A stretch of 36,284 nucleotides of DNA from a virus. Lineage: Duplodnaviria > Caudoviricetes. Below are positions 17,737 through 25,952 of this stretch, in pieces. Within the stretch, counting starts at the first letter, position 1. The number at the start of each line of letters is the position of its first letter. Under the pieces are notes generated by a model. It saw only the letters and a list, made by a program, of their open reading frames with translations. It ran no database searches and was not told the origin of the DNA. The stretch is from positions 1-36,284 of IMG/VR virus record IMGVR_UViG_3300024249_000019. The stretch is one strand, 5' to 3'. The position numbers and the translations under genes were made by a program.

Positions 17737-17762
17737 CGGCACTGTATCCACGCTCGTAGCGT
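17733..17762 (+). promoter_or_regulatory. sigma70-like promoter for capsid gene
   Basis: TTGACG-18 nt-TAGCGT overlapping scaffold stop. Confidence 0.55.
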
Positions 17763-17770
17763 CCCGCCGT

Positions 17771-17880
17771 CGGTCGGGGGCAGTGGTGCATGCGCCACCA
17801 AGCAACGACCGGGCCGTGCAGTCGCAGGACGACCAAGTAGGCCATCGGCACGCAGCGCAGTCGGGACACCGACCAAGCGT
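17771..17880 (+). repeat. three tandem structured repeats in capsid 5' leader
   Basis: GCA-GT(G/C)G-loop-C(C/G)AC-CAAG at 17780-17802, 17818-17837, 17857-17877, each closed by an outer stem. Confidence 0.7.
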
Positions 17881-17980
17881 CTAAACGCCCGATCCGCCTT
17901 CAGTCAGATCCATTGCGAACCAGCAATTTTGGTTCAACCGGCACGAGGCGCCCAGCGCCCGGCCTGCAATGGAGATGGAT

Positions 17981-18860
17981 ATGGCCGTTCCCACAATGGG
18001 AGCCGCTCCCAGTAACACTTACATAGAGACAGCTGCCGTCGGCGTCCGTGAGGATCTTGCCGACATCATCTATCGCATCGATCCTGACGAGACGCCGCTA
18101 GTATCAGCCTGCCCGCGTGTCGGTTCCAAGCAGGTGCTCACCGAATGGATCGTGCAGGAACTCAACCCGGCCGCCGATAACGCCCAGCCCGAGGGCTTTA
18201 CCGCCGTCATGCAGGCAGTATTGAAGCCGATCCGCATCAATAATGTCTGCCAGATATTGGCGCGCACAGTCGGTGTGTCTAATACGCTGCGTGTTGTCGA
18301 TGTCGTCGGCGGTGAAGACGAATACAACCGCAACATGATCCTGCGCGCCATGGAGGTTAAGCGCGACCTCGAGCTCGCTGTCACGTCGCCGCTGGTGCGC
18401 ACCATCACCGATCCACGCCATATGTCGGGACTGCCCTGCTACACCGCATTCGGCGCGCGCGGCGCTGGTGCGGGCGTCATGCCGATCGGCGACGGCTCCA
18501 ACGCAGGCACCCCCGGCACGGCCTACGATCTCACCCTCGCCGTGGTGAATGCCGCCATCCAGCAGTGCTGGCAGGCCGGTGGCAATCCGACGCTCGGCAT
18601 CATGTCGGGCAACATCAAGAACTACTTCGCCACGCTCAGCCAAGGCGGCACGGGCAACCCGATCGTGGCGCAGAACATCGTCCAGGCGTCACCCACCGGC
18701 GAGATGACCATCCAAGGCGCAGTCGACGTCTACCGCACCAACTTCGGCACGCTGCAACTCACGCCGGATCGCTTCGGTCCCGCTCACCAAATTCTGCTTG
18801 TATCTACAGACTATGTGGAGATGGCACCACTGCCGGAAAGGGACATGGTGCAACAAGACT
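17981..18860 (+). CDS. major capsid protein, exon 1
   Basis: GGAG SD; VGVREDLADIIYRIDPDETP...NNVCQI...EVKRDLE resembles DUF5309/SU10-type capsid proteins; protein-like sequence stops at QQD. Confidence 0.88.
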
Positions 18861-19164
18861 CGCGCCGCATTGCGGCGAACGACAACGCCATTCGTTCGCT
18901 AGTAGCGGCATAGGTCCTTCAGCAAGTGATTGCTGTCGAAAACTGGGTGAAATCGGTGAAGGCGCAAACAGGAAAGCTGTGCGTAATACCGAGCCAAGCC
19001 CCGCAAGGGGAAGGTGTAACGACTAGGGGGCAACCCCGTAGCTTCAAGCGAAGCGAAGCGCCCAGCCCTTCCTCGGAAGGTGATGAGATAGTCTGCTCTG
19101 CATGGAGACATGCAGCAGCCCGCAAGGGCGGTTGGAGATCAGCGACCTCCAGCGAACAATCAGG
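18861..19164 (+). ncRNA. group I self-splicing intron (304 nt, no ORF)
   Basis: Exon-end GACU pairs with GGUC 18913-18916 (U-G at splice site); P10 GCAU 18908-18911 pairs with exon 2 AUGC; P AAUCGGUGAA, Q AAUACCGAG, R GUAACGACUAG, S GAGAUAGUC; P3 CUGGGU/GCCCAG; P7 GACUA/UAGUC; P9 with GAGA loop; terminal G. Confidence 0.92.
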
Positions 19165-19268
19165 ATGCGCAAACCGGCGACAACAGCCAGGGGGGGGTCA
19201 TTTTCGAAGGTTGTATCCGGCCCACCGCCCCCAAGGCTCACGCGACCATCTTCGACCTAAATCAGTAG
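19165..19268 (+). CDS. major capsid protein, exon 2
   Basis: Splice restores D-Y-AQTGDNSQGGVIFEGCIRPTAPKAHATIFDLNQ*, giving a 327-aa protein with the expected 'A.TGD...E...KAH..I.DL' C-terminus. Confidence 0.88.
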
Positions 19269-19858
19269 CCTTCACGAAAACGCTCAAGGTAAGCGGCCCC
19301 AGCCCGAAGCAGGGCGGGGTCGTCCTTGGCGTTCCCAAGCATCAGGTTGCAGCCACGACAGATCCAGCCACGGAACACGCCTGTGGCATGGCAATGGTCG
19401 TAATGCATTCCCCTCTTCGGGTCGGGTGGCCCGGCGCAGATTTCGCAGACCTCTGGGCGGGGCCTTTTGGCCAACGTCTCAAGGTCTATGGCGCGCTGTT
19501 CGATCTTGCGCTGATGCCGATGCCGATATTTGGCATTCAGCTCACCGTTGTCGTCCCTGATGTATTGACGGTGCGCCTCCCGAAGCTTCTCACGGTTCTT
19601 TTCGCGATAGCGGCGCTTGTTTTCGCGGACGGCCTCTGCGTTCTTCTTAACGTATTCGCGCTGGTAGGCATTCCTGGCTTCGCGCTGCTCCGGTGTCTCC
19701 TCGCTATAGCGCTTTCTTGCCGTCTTGCGCCTCTCTGGGAGGTTAGCGGCATAACTTTCCCGCTCATAGGCGCGTCTAGCCTCGGCGTTGTTCCTGCGCC
19801 AGGTGTTGGCATAGGCGGTCTTGATTGCCTTGCGCGTCTCGTCGTCGTTGGATGGCAT
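19262..19858 (-). CDS. free-standing endonuclease VII-family nuclease
   Basis: CEIC...HYDHCHATGVFRGWICRGCNLMLG; basic helical N-terminal repeats. Confidence 0.88.
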   Translation of the reverse strand: MPSNDDETRKAIKTAYANTWRRNNAEARRAYERESYAANLPERRKTARKRYSEETPEQREARNAYQREYVKKNAEAVRENKRRYREKNREKLREAHRQYIRDDNGELNAKYRHRHQRKIEQRAIDLETLAKRPRPEVCEICAGPPDPKRGMHYDHCHATGVFRGWICRGCNLMLGNAKDDPALLRAGAAYLERFREGY

Positions 19859-19933
19859 AGCTTCGATCCTTGGTCCGAACAGGGTTCGTGGTTAGGGACG
19901 TTGCTGGCCGTGGAGGGCCGGCAACGCCCCGCT
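19853..19933 (+). ncRNA. SymR-like cis-antisense RNA element 3
   Basis: CAT; GATCCT-10-AGGGTT; GTGGTTA; 15-bp hairpin; GCT. Confidence 0.6.
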
Positions 19934-19950
19934 TATAGCGGATTACCGCT

Positions 19951-20274
19951 ATGACCGAAACCATCCTCTACGATGCCTACAATCCGGTAACGCAGCGGTC
20001 GACCGAGATCGTGACCGACAGCGAAACCGGGTTGCCGGTCATCATCACCTCGCAGAACACGCGTCCCATCGTCGAGAGCGCGAAAGCCCTCGCCAGCAAC
20101 TTCGACAAGCACCGGCCGAACCCTGACGGCATCACCCATGTCGCCCGCATCCCGATGGTGATCTGGCAGCAGCTCCAGAAGCTCGGGATTACCCGCGACC
20201 AGAAGGCGCTCAACGCCTGGCTGGACGAACGCGACAACCGCGTATTTCGCACCGACGACGCACGACGCATCTGA
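19951..20274 (+). CDS. hypothetical protein, head module
   Basis: QNTRPIVESAK...HVARIPMVIWQQL...WLDERDNRVFRT; post-capsid position. Confidence 0.65.
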   Translation: MTETILYDAYNPVTQRSTEIVTDSETGLPVIITSQNTRPIVESAKALASNFDKHRPNPDGITHVARIPMVIWQQLQKLGITRDQKALNAWLDERDNRVFRTDDARRI

Positions 20275-20285
20275 AGGAGCACACC

Positions 20286-20600
20286 ATGGCCAGTCCCACC
20301 GCGACCAACGCCCCGAAGCCCGCGTCCATGGCGCCAACGCCGGGCGTCGGTGCCGCACCGCCAACCGCTGGCACCATGCAGCCCATGGCCGGACAGGTTG
20401 CACAGACGCCTGACACCAGGGGCGCCGAGCCGATGCTGGTCGAGGGCATCGATCCGGTGCTGCTGCATCGGCTGTATCCCGACGCCGACAGCGCCACCGA
20501 TGTGGCGGCCAAGGCGCTGGAGCAGGGCAGGAAAACCCACGAGGAGGGCGCCAAGCTGGTGGCGGCACAGCAGGTGCCATTGTCAGAGCAGGCACAATGA
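20286..20600 (+). CDS. hypothetical virion protein
   Basis: AAGGAG SD; shares a domain with the next gene. Confidence 0.65.
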   Translation: MASPTATNAPKPASMAPTPGVGAAPPTAGTMQPMAGQVAQTPDTRGAEPMLVEGIDPVLLHRLYPDADSATDVAAKALEQGRKTHEEGAKLVAAQQVPLSEQAQ

Positions 20601-21091
20601 GCGGCACCACCGAGCCCGTGCTGGTCGACGGCCTCGACCAGGTGCTGTTGATACGTTTGTATCCTACGGCCGATGGGCTCAGCGACGCGGCTGCCTTGGC
20701 GATGGCGCAGGGCGCGCAGACCGCCGCCGACGGCGCGACGCTGGAGGGCAGCCAGTATGAGCCGGTGCTCATGGTGGACGCTGATGCGGGCACGGGAGAG
20801 GGCACGCCGCCGCCGCCCGTAACGCCGCCGGTCAATGTCGACGTGCCGTATGTCCAGCAGGCCGGCGCCACGATGACCTGCACCATGGGCAACTGGCAGG
20901 GCGAGCCGACCAGCTATGCCTACCAGTGGCAGATGGACGACCAGAGCATCCCGAGCGCCGGCGCGAGCTTGCCCCTCACGCAAGCCGATCTGGGCCACAG
21001 CGTGGCCTGCATCGTCACCGCGACCAATGCGGCGGGCTCGACCGCGGCGCCGCAGTCCAATGCCGTGGTGGTGACGGACCAGGCGCGCTGA
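20597..21091 (+). CDS. virion protein with C-terminal Ig-like domain
   Basis: TMTCTMGNWQGEPTSYAYQWQ...DLGHSVACIVTATNAAGS. Confidence 0.7.
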   Translation: MSGTTEPVLVDGLDQVLLIRLYPTADGLSDAAALAMAQGAQTAADGATLEGSQYEPVLMVDADAGTGEGTPPPPVTPPVNVDVPYVQQAGATMTCTMGNWQGEPTSYAYQWQMDDQSIPSAGASLPLTQADLGHSVACIVTATNAAGSTAAPQSNAVVVTDQAR

Positions 21092-21768
21092 TGGCGTCAC
21101 TCGCCCAGCTGCAGGCCGACGTGGCCAGCTATCTGAACCGGCAGGACATCCTCTCGAATGGTGTCATGCCGGGCTGGGTGGCTGCCGTGGAGACCGAGCT
21201 GGCCCAGACGCTGCGGGCACGCTGCCAGGTGGCCTCGGCCATCCAGCCGATCGATGCCGCATACATCGCGCTGCCCAGCGACTTCGCCACCATGGAGAGC
21301 ATCAGGGACGCCACCACAGGTGAGCTGCTGACGCTGAAGGATGAGTGGTCGGGCCACTGGTCGCCACAGTGGCAACCGCTGGGCTGGCAGCCCTATGACA
21401 ACGTCACTGCATTCAGTGGCCCGAGCTACGCCTATCGCCTGGTGGCCAACTGCATCGAGTTCCTGCCACATCCCACGATCCCTGACCCACCCGATCCCAA
21501 CTGGGTGCCGCAGTCGGTGCTGATGGGCTGGTATCGCAAGCCGCGGCCCCTGCTGCTCCCAACAGATACCAACCCGATCCTGGAGAACCTCTATTCCGTC
21601 TACCTCACCGGGGTGGTGCGAGAGGGTGCCATCTGGGCGCTCGATGATGCCCGCGCCGGCCAGATGGACGCGGCATACCAGCAGGCCGTCACCAGGGCCA
21701 ATTTGTGGAAGCAACAGAGCGATTATTCCGGAGCCCCACTGAAAGCGGAGATGGCCACGGTTTTCTGA
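21091..21768 (+). CDS. head-tail adaptor protein
   Basis: MASLAQLQADVASYLNRQD...AVETELAQTLR...LPSDF...TNPILENLYSVYLTG. Confidence 0.7.
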   Translation: MASLAQLQADVASYLNRQDILSNGVMPGWVAAVETELAQTLRARCQVASAIQPIDAAYIALPSDFATMESIRDATTGELLTLKDEWSGHWSPQWQPLGWQPYDNVTAFSGPSYAYRLVANCIEFLPHPTIPDPPDPNWVPQSVLMGWYRKPRPLLLPTDTNPILENLYSVYLTGVVREGAIWALDDARAGQMDAAYQQAVTRANLWKQQSDYSGAPLKAEMATVF

Positions 21769-21806
21769 GTGCTGGACTACGACTTATAGTCTGTTACTAT
21801 CCATAG

Positions 21807-22271
21807 ATGAAAAAGACACCGCAGGAACTTAAGGAATATAACCGGCAATGGTTCAAGTCTCCTCTAGGCCGATACCACCAACACAAAGGGAAGGCCCTGT
21901 ATCGTGGGATCGAGTTCCTGCTGACGTTCGAGGAGTGGTGGGACATCTGGCAGGCCAGCGGCAAATGGGAGCGACGCGGCCGGCGTCGCGATCAATATGT
22001 GATGGCGCGGCATGGAGACCAGGGCGCGTATGAGACTGGCAACGTCAAGATATGTCTCGTTGCTGAGAATGTCGGCGAAAGCAACCGCGGCATGGATCAT
22101 CCTACCGCACGCAGGTCTGCTGTCATGAAAGCCGCGTGGGCAAATGCCACGCCTGTCCAACGCAAGCGCTGGGCGCATGTGGGTGTCGGGCGTGTGCATT
22201 CAGCCGAAACTCGCGCCAAGCAATCAGAGGCCGCCAGGAAGCTCTGGGCGCAGCGCAGAGGCGAATCCTGA
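21807..22271 (+). CDS. putative endonuclease with NUMOD3-like C-terminus
   Basis: RGIEFLLTFEEWWDIW...MARHGDQGAYETGNVKI; HSAETRAKQSEA; lower GC than neighbours. Confidence 0.7.
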   Translation: MKKTPQELKEYNRQWFKSPLGRYHQHKGKALYRGIEFLLTFEEWWDIWQASGKWERRGRRRDQYVMARHGDQGAYETGNVKICLVAENVGESNRGMDHPTARRSAVMKAAWANATPVQRKRWAHVGVGRVHSAETRAKQSEAARKLWAQRRGES

Positions 22272-23473
22272 TGGCAACCCTGCAACGCCTGTTCGTGCGC
22301 GGCACCCCTCGGGCCACCAAACAGGCCGCGCGCTATACGCCCGCCGGCGGCGCCGAGCGCTGCGGCATGTGCCGGCACTACGCCGCCCCATCGTCGTGCG
22401 CGCGCATCGAGGGGCCGGTGTCCGCGGCCGGGTGGTGCATGCTGTTCTCGCGCCAGGTGACCTATCCGCACCACGCGGGGGTGCAGTCGAGCAGCTCTGC
22501 TGGTCAGCCCCCAAGTCTGGATCTTGGGTTCCTGAGTCCAGGAGTTTTGGACCCGCAAATTACGTTTACGCGCGCGTCTACTGGGACTTACGTCGATATT
22601 GCTGGCGTGATGCAGACGGCAGCGATCAATGCGCCGCGGTGGGACTACGACCCTGTGACACACCAACTGAAGGGCGTATTGATTGAGGAGCAGCGCACGA
22701 ATGTATTGTTGAACAGTGCGGCGTTGACGACGCAGAGCGCGACGGTGACGGCGTTGCCGTGGACATTGAGCTTCTACGGGACCGGCACGATAACGCGGAG
22801 CGGGGTTAGCACAGGGGCCACGACCGGGACAGGGGCCAGCGCGCGGACTGTGGTGACGTTTACGCCGACAGCTGGGTCGCTGACGCTGACGGTCACGGGC
22901 AGTGTCACAAATGCGCAGTTAGAGAGCGGGGGGTACGCGACGAGCTACATTGCGACGGCCGGATCGCCTGTTGTGCGGTCGCGGGATATCTGCACAACCC
23001 CTGTTGGTGCTTGGTATGATGGGACGAAGGGCTCGCTGGCGGTCGAATATATCTTCATTGGATGCAACAACAACTTTAACTCACCAGTGCAGCTGGTGGG
23101 TAGTAATGTGAACACGGACTATATCAATACTGAAGGCTATGTGGCCCCAACGGCCGGCGTGCCTAATGTGCAGGTAATGGCCTCGGCATTTGTAGCCAAC
23201 GTGGCAAGCGGAACTGCAACGATAGCGGCGATGCCAACACCATTAGGTGTGGTTCATAAAGGCGCCGGTGCCTGGACTTTAAATGGGGGTTTGCAGGGTG
23301 CGCATGACGGGATTGTGTCGGCGTTGGCTGCGGTCGGGGCTTTGCCTGCGGTGTTGAATTTGACGGTCGGCGGTCCGATGCATTCGCAGCAGCAGCAGAA
23401 TCTATGGGCTCGCCGGGTGCGCTATTGGCCGCGGGCGATGGGGGCCAGTGAACTTCAGTCGGTGACCAGCTGA
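22271..23473 (+). CDS. head-spike/tail-fibre-like protein with N-terminal HiPIP-like domain
   Basis: C31-x2-C34-x8-C43-x12-C56 with GWCxxF; then FTRASTGTY...APRWDYDP...GVLIEEQRTN and a beta-rich C-terminus ending RRVRYWPRAM. Confidence 0.75.
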   Translation: MATLQRLFVRGTPRATKQAARYTPAGGAERCGMCRHYAAPSSCARIEGPVSAAGWCMLFSRQVTYPHHAGVQSSSSAGQPPSLDLGFLSPGVLDPQITFTRASTGTYVDIAGVMQTAAINAPRWDYDPVTHQLKGVLIEEQRTNVLLNSAALTTQSATVTALPWTLSFYGTGTITRSGVSTGATTGTGASARTVVTFTPTAGSLTLTVTGSVTNAQLESGGYATSYIATAGSPVVRSRDICTTPVGAWYDGTKGSLAVEYIFIGCNNNFNSPVQLVGSNVNTDYINTEGYVAPTAGVPNVQVMASAFVANVASGTATIAAMPTPLGVVHKGAGAWTLNGGLQGAHDGIVSALAAVGALPAVLNLTVGGPMHSQQQQNLWARRVRYWPRAMGASELQSVTS

Positions 23474-24030
23474 TGGCCACCTCGTACGCATATCCATTCG
23501 CGTGCTGGATGGGCCTGCAGTCGTCGGGCGCCGAGTGCGCCGGCACGGGCTATGTGCGTCGGCCGGTGACGTTCGCGGACACAGGCGACGGCATCCTCGG
23601 CGCCAACCTGGCCAGCGTACAGTGGCCGACGTGTGGTGCGGACTGGGGCGCCATCGACACGGTCAACCTGTATGACGCCCTCACGGGTGGCGATCTGATC
23701 GGCACCGGGCTTGCCACCACGATCGTGCAGACGCGCCTGTATGACATCCTGCGCGTGCCGGCGGGCGGCTATCAGGTCTACAATGCCACGCGCCCGCTGG
23801 GCTTCGGCACGCGCACCTGGGGCGTCGGCAAATACGCCACCTGGCACTATCTCACGCCGCCCTCGAGCGAGCTTGGCTCACCGTATGACGTCGGGCCGTA
23901 TGGCGCCGGGCCTTACGAGTTCAGCGAACGCGCGGTGCTGCTGCTGCGCACATTCGGCACCGTGCAGCTGTGCGGCGGCAACCCAGGCATCTGGGCGCCC
24001 GGCCCGTTTGATGTGGTGGCAGTATCATGA
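23473..24030 (+). CDS. tail-associated structural protein
   Basis: GYVRRPVTF...WPTCGADWGAIDTVNLYDALTGG; position in tail module. Confidence 0.6.
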   Translation: MATSYAYPFACWMGLQSSGAECAGTGYVRRPVTFADTGDGILGANLASVQWPTCGADWGAIDTVNLYDALTGGDLIGTGLATTIVQTRLYDILRVPAGGYQVYNATRPLGFGTRTWGVGKYATWHYLTPPSSELGSPYDVGPYGAGPYEFSERAVLLLRTFGTVQLCGGNPGIWAPGPFDVVAVS

Positions 24031-25259
24031 GCGGACCTGGCACAGACTATACGCTGACGCCCAACCTTGGGCTGTTTAAGCCGATCGCCAACATGGCCGT
24101 CGGGTTGTGGGGCGACCTCTGGAACAGCAACGCCGACGCGATCGACAGCGCCATCCATGCCTCAACCGGTGGTGGCCCATTCCTGCCGCTTGCTGGCAAT
24201 GCCACCGTGTTCGGCCCAACCACATTCAGCGACGCACTCACCCTCGGCACCTCGCTCATCTGGGGCAGCATCACGACAACTGGGTTCGGTAGCGGCATCG
24301 GCCAGATCCTGCCGCCGTTCGTCAGTTCGGGCGCACAGAACATCCCTGTGTTGTACACCGACAACCGGATAATCCTACGCAAACGTGTGCCAACCGCCAC
24401 GGACTTCGTGGACTTTCAGTTCGACCGCACCACGACATATACAGGAGGCACGCTGGCAGGTAACAAGAACAGAGTCGTTTCGATCAGCACGACGATCGGA
24501 GCAGGCGATGGTGCCAACAACTGGAACCTGGTCAATACGGCGACCAACAACAGCACCGCTGGCGGCTTTGCTACAGCACAATTCAACCAGGTTATCCGTA
24601 GCCCAGCCAGCAACGGTTGGATCACCGGTGGCCTGTTTGACGCCATCGATCAATCAAGCCTCGGTAGCCTGGCGTCCGGCGCCAAAAACCATGCATGCCT
24701 TGAACTGGACATGGAAACCAATGGGCTGGATGATGGGTTGAACACCCAGACATTCGGCGGCAAAGGCATCAGGAAAGCCCTGCACGTCGTCGGTATCCGC
24801 TGGGATCAGGCCAACAACACACAGACCGAAATTGCCACCGTGCTGTGGTGTACAACGTCCAGTCCGACCGGATCGGTCTCGCCGGACCCCCTCGTTAACT
24901 TTCAGCAGATCCTCGGCTTCGCACCTGGCACCCAGGTGCGGAATGTAGTCGATACACGCGGCGCGGTCGTGCCTGCCGGTTCAACCAATCCGGTCAACGC
25001 GCTCGTGATGCCAGCGAGCCATATTGTTGATTTCAACGGTGGCCCGGCGCTGAACAGTCTGCCTGGCGCCTATCTGCAATACACCACCACCGGCACGGCG
25101 CGGCTGCGCTACATGGTGGGCGCCACTGAGCGGCTCAGCTTCCCCGATGCTAAGCCGGCCATCACCGGCTCGCGCGGCACCGCAACGGTGGCTGTGCTCA
25201 CCGCCCTGCTCAGCGCGCTGAATGCCGCTGGCATCATCACCGACAGCACCACCGCATGA
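24027..25259 (+). CDS. tail fibre/spike protein 1
   Basis: N-terminal TPNLGL..P..WG..N.N..ID anchor, FLPLAG repeat, T/G/N-rich body. Confidence 0.7.
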   Translation: MSGPGTDYTLTPNLGLFKPIANMAVGLWGDLWNSNADAIDSAIHASTGGGPFLPLAGNATVFGPTTFSDALTLGTSLIWGSITTTGFGSGIGQILPPFVSSGAQNIPVLYTDNRIILRKRVPTATDFVDFQFDRTTTYTGGTLAGNKNRVVSISTTIGAGDGANNWNLVNTATNNSTAGGFATAQFNQVIRSPASNGWITGGLFDAIDQSSLGSLASGAKNHACLELDMETNGLDDGLNTQTFGGKGIRKALHVVGIRWDQANNTQTEIATVLWCTTSSPTGSVSPDPLVNFQQILGFAPGTQVRNVVDTRGAVVPAGSTNPVNALVMPASHIVDFNGGPALNSLPGAYLQYTTTGTARLRYMVGATERLSFPDAKPAITGSRGTATVAVLTALLSALNAAGIITDSTTA

Positions 25260-25272
25260 GGCACCCAGCATC

Positions 25273-25620
25273 ATGAGCGGCAGCGATTACACCACCACGC
25301 CGAACCTCGGGCTGTTCATGCCTAACTACGACATGGACGATGGCCAGTGGGGCTTTCACCTCAACCAGAATGCCACCAAGCTGGATGCTGCCATCGGCTC
25401 AGCCACGCCAGGCCCGTGGCTGCCGCTGAGCGGCGGGGCCGTTACCGGCGCAACTATCTTTAGCGGTTCCGTGCGCCACAACAGTACCGTCGGCTTCAAC
25501 AACACGGCCCCAATTGCCAAGCCAACGGTCAGCGGCTTGAAAGGCTCCAATGCCGCGCTCGGATCGTTGCTCGCGGCGCTCGTGGCCTACGGCCTCATCA
25601 CCGACACCACAGGCACATAG
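25273..25620 (+). CDS. short tail fibre paralogue
   Basis: Same N-terminal anchor and same C-terminal helix as 24027-25259. Confidence 0.7.
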   Translation: MSGSDYTTTPNLGLFMPNYDMDDGQWGFHLNQNATKLDAAIGSATPGPWLPLSGGAVTGATIFSGSVRHNSTVGFNNTAPIAKPTVSGLKGSNAALGSLLAALVAYGLITDTTGT

Positions 25621-25628
25621 GAGACGAC

Positions 25629-25952
25629 ATGGCAACGCTCGCAGGATCGATGTTCAACGGCGCGCAGGCCAACCCGCAATGGGTGCCGTGCGATGGCAAG
25701 CCGTACTATGCGCTCGATGCCAAGCAGCCGCAGCGCACGCCTAGCGGCATCTCCGAGGGTAACCGTCAAGATTATCTGCGTCGCGTCGGCTGGCAGGGAC
25801 GCAGGCGTGGCCTCGGCGCAATGGGGTGGATCATCCTGATGCCATTTGATGCCGGCGGTACCTGGAAGATAACCCTCGCTGATGATGCCGTCGAGACGGC
25901 TCTCACGCCACCCATACCATGGCCCGGTAAGCCGCCGGCGGGGATCAAGTGA
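25629..25952 (+). CDS. hypothetical protein
   Basis: AGGAG SD; overlaps next gene. Confidence 0.6.
   Translation: MATLAGSMFNGAQANPQWVPCDGKPYYALDAKQPQRTPSGISEGNRQDYLRRVGWQGRRRGLGAMGWIILMPFDAGGTWKITLADDAVETALTPPIPWPGKPPAGIK

Noticed and set aside
17780-17877. Three repeats as a mini CRISPR array
   Set aside because: Repeats are internally variable hairpins, spacers are only 15-19 nt and pair around the repeats, and no cas genes are present
19190-19197. G8 run in capsid exon 2 as a -1 frameshift site giving a T7 gp10B-like extension (the -1 frame is open to 19954)
   Set aside because: The extension is just the in-register antisense of the nuclease gene, looks non-globular and would remove the conserved capsid C-terminus; the run is explained by Gln-Gly-Gly-Val codons
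18926-19954. 342-aa + ORF as a real membrane protein
   Set aside because: Starts inside the intron core; hydrophobicity mirrors the Lys/Arg/Glu codons of the opposite-strand gene
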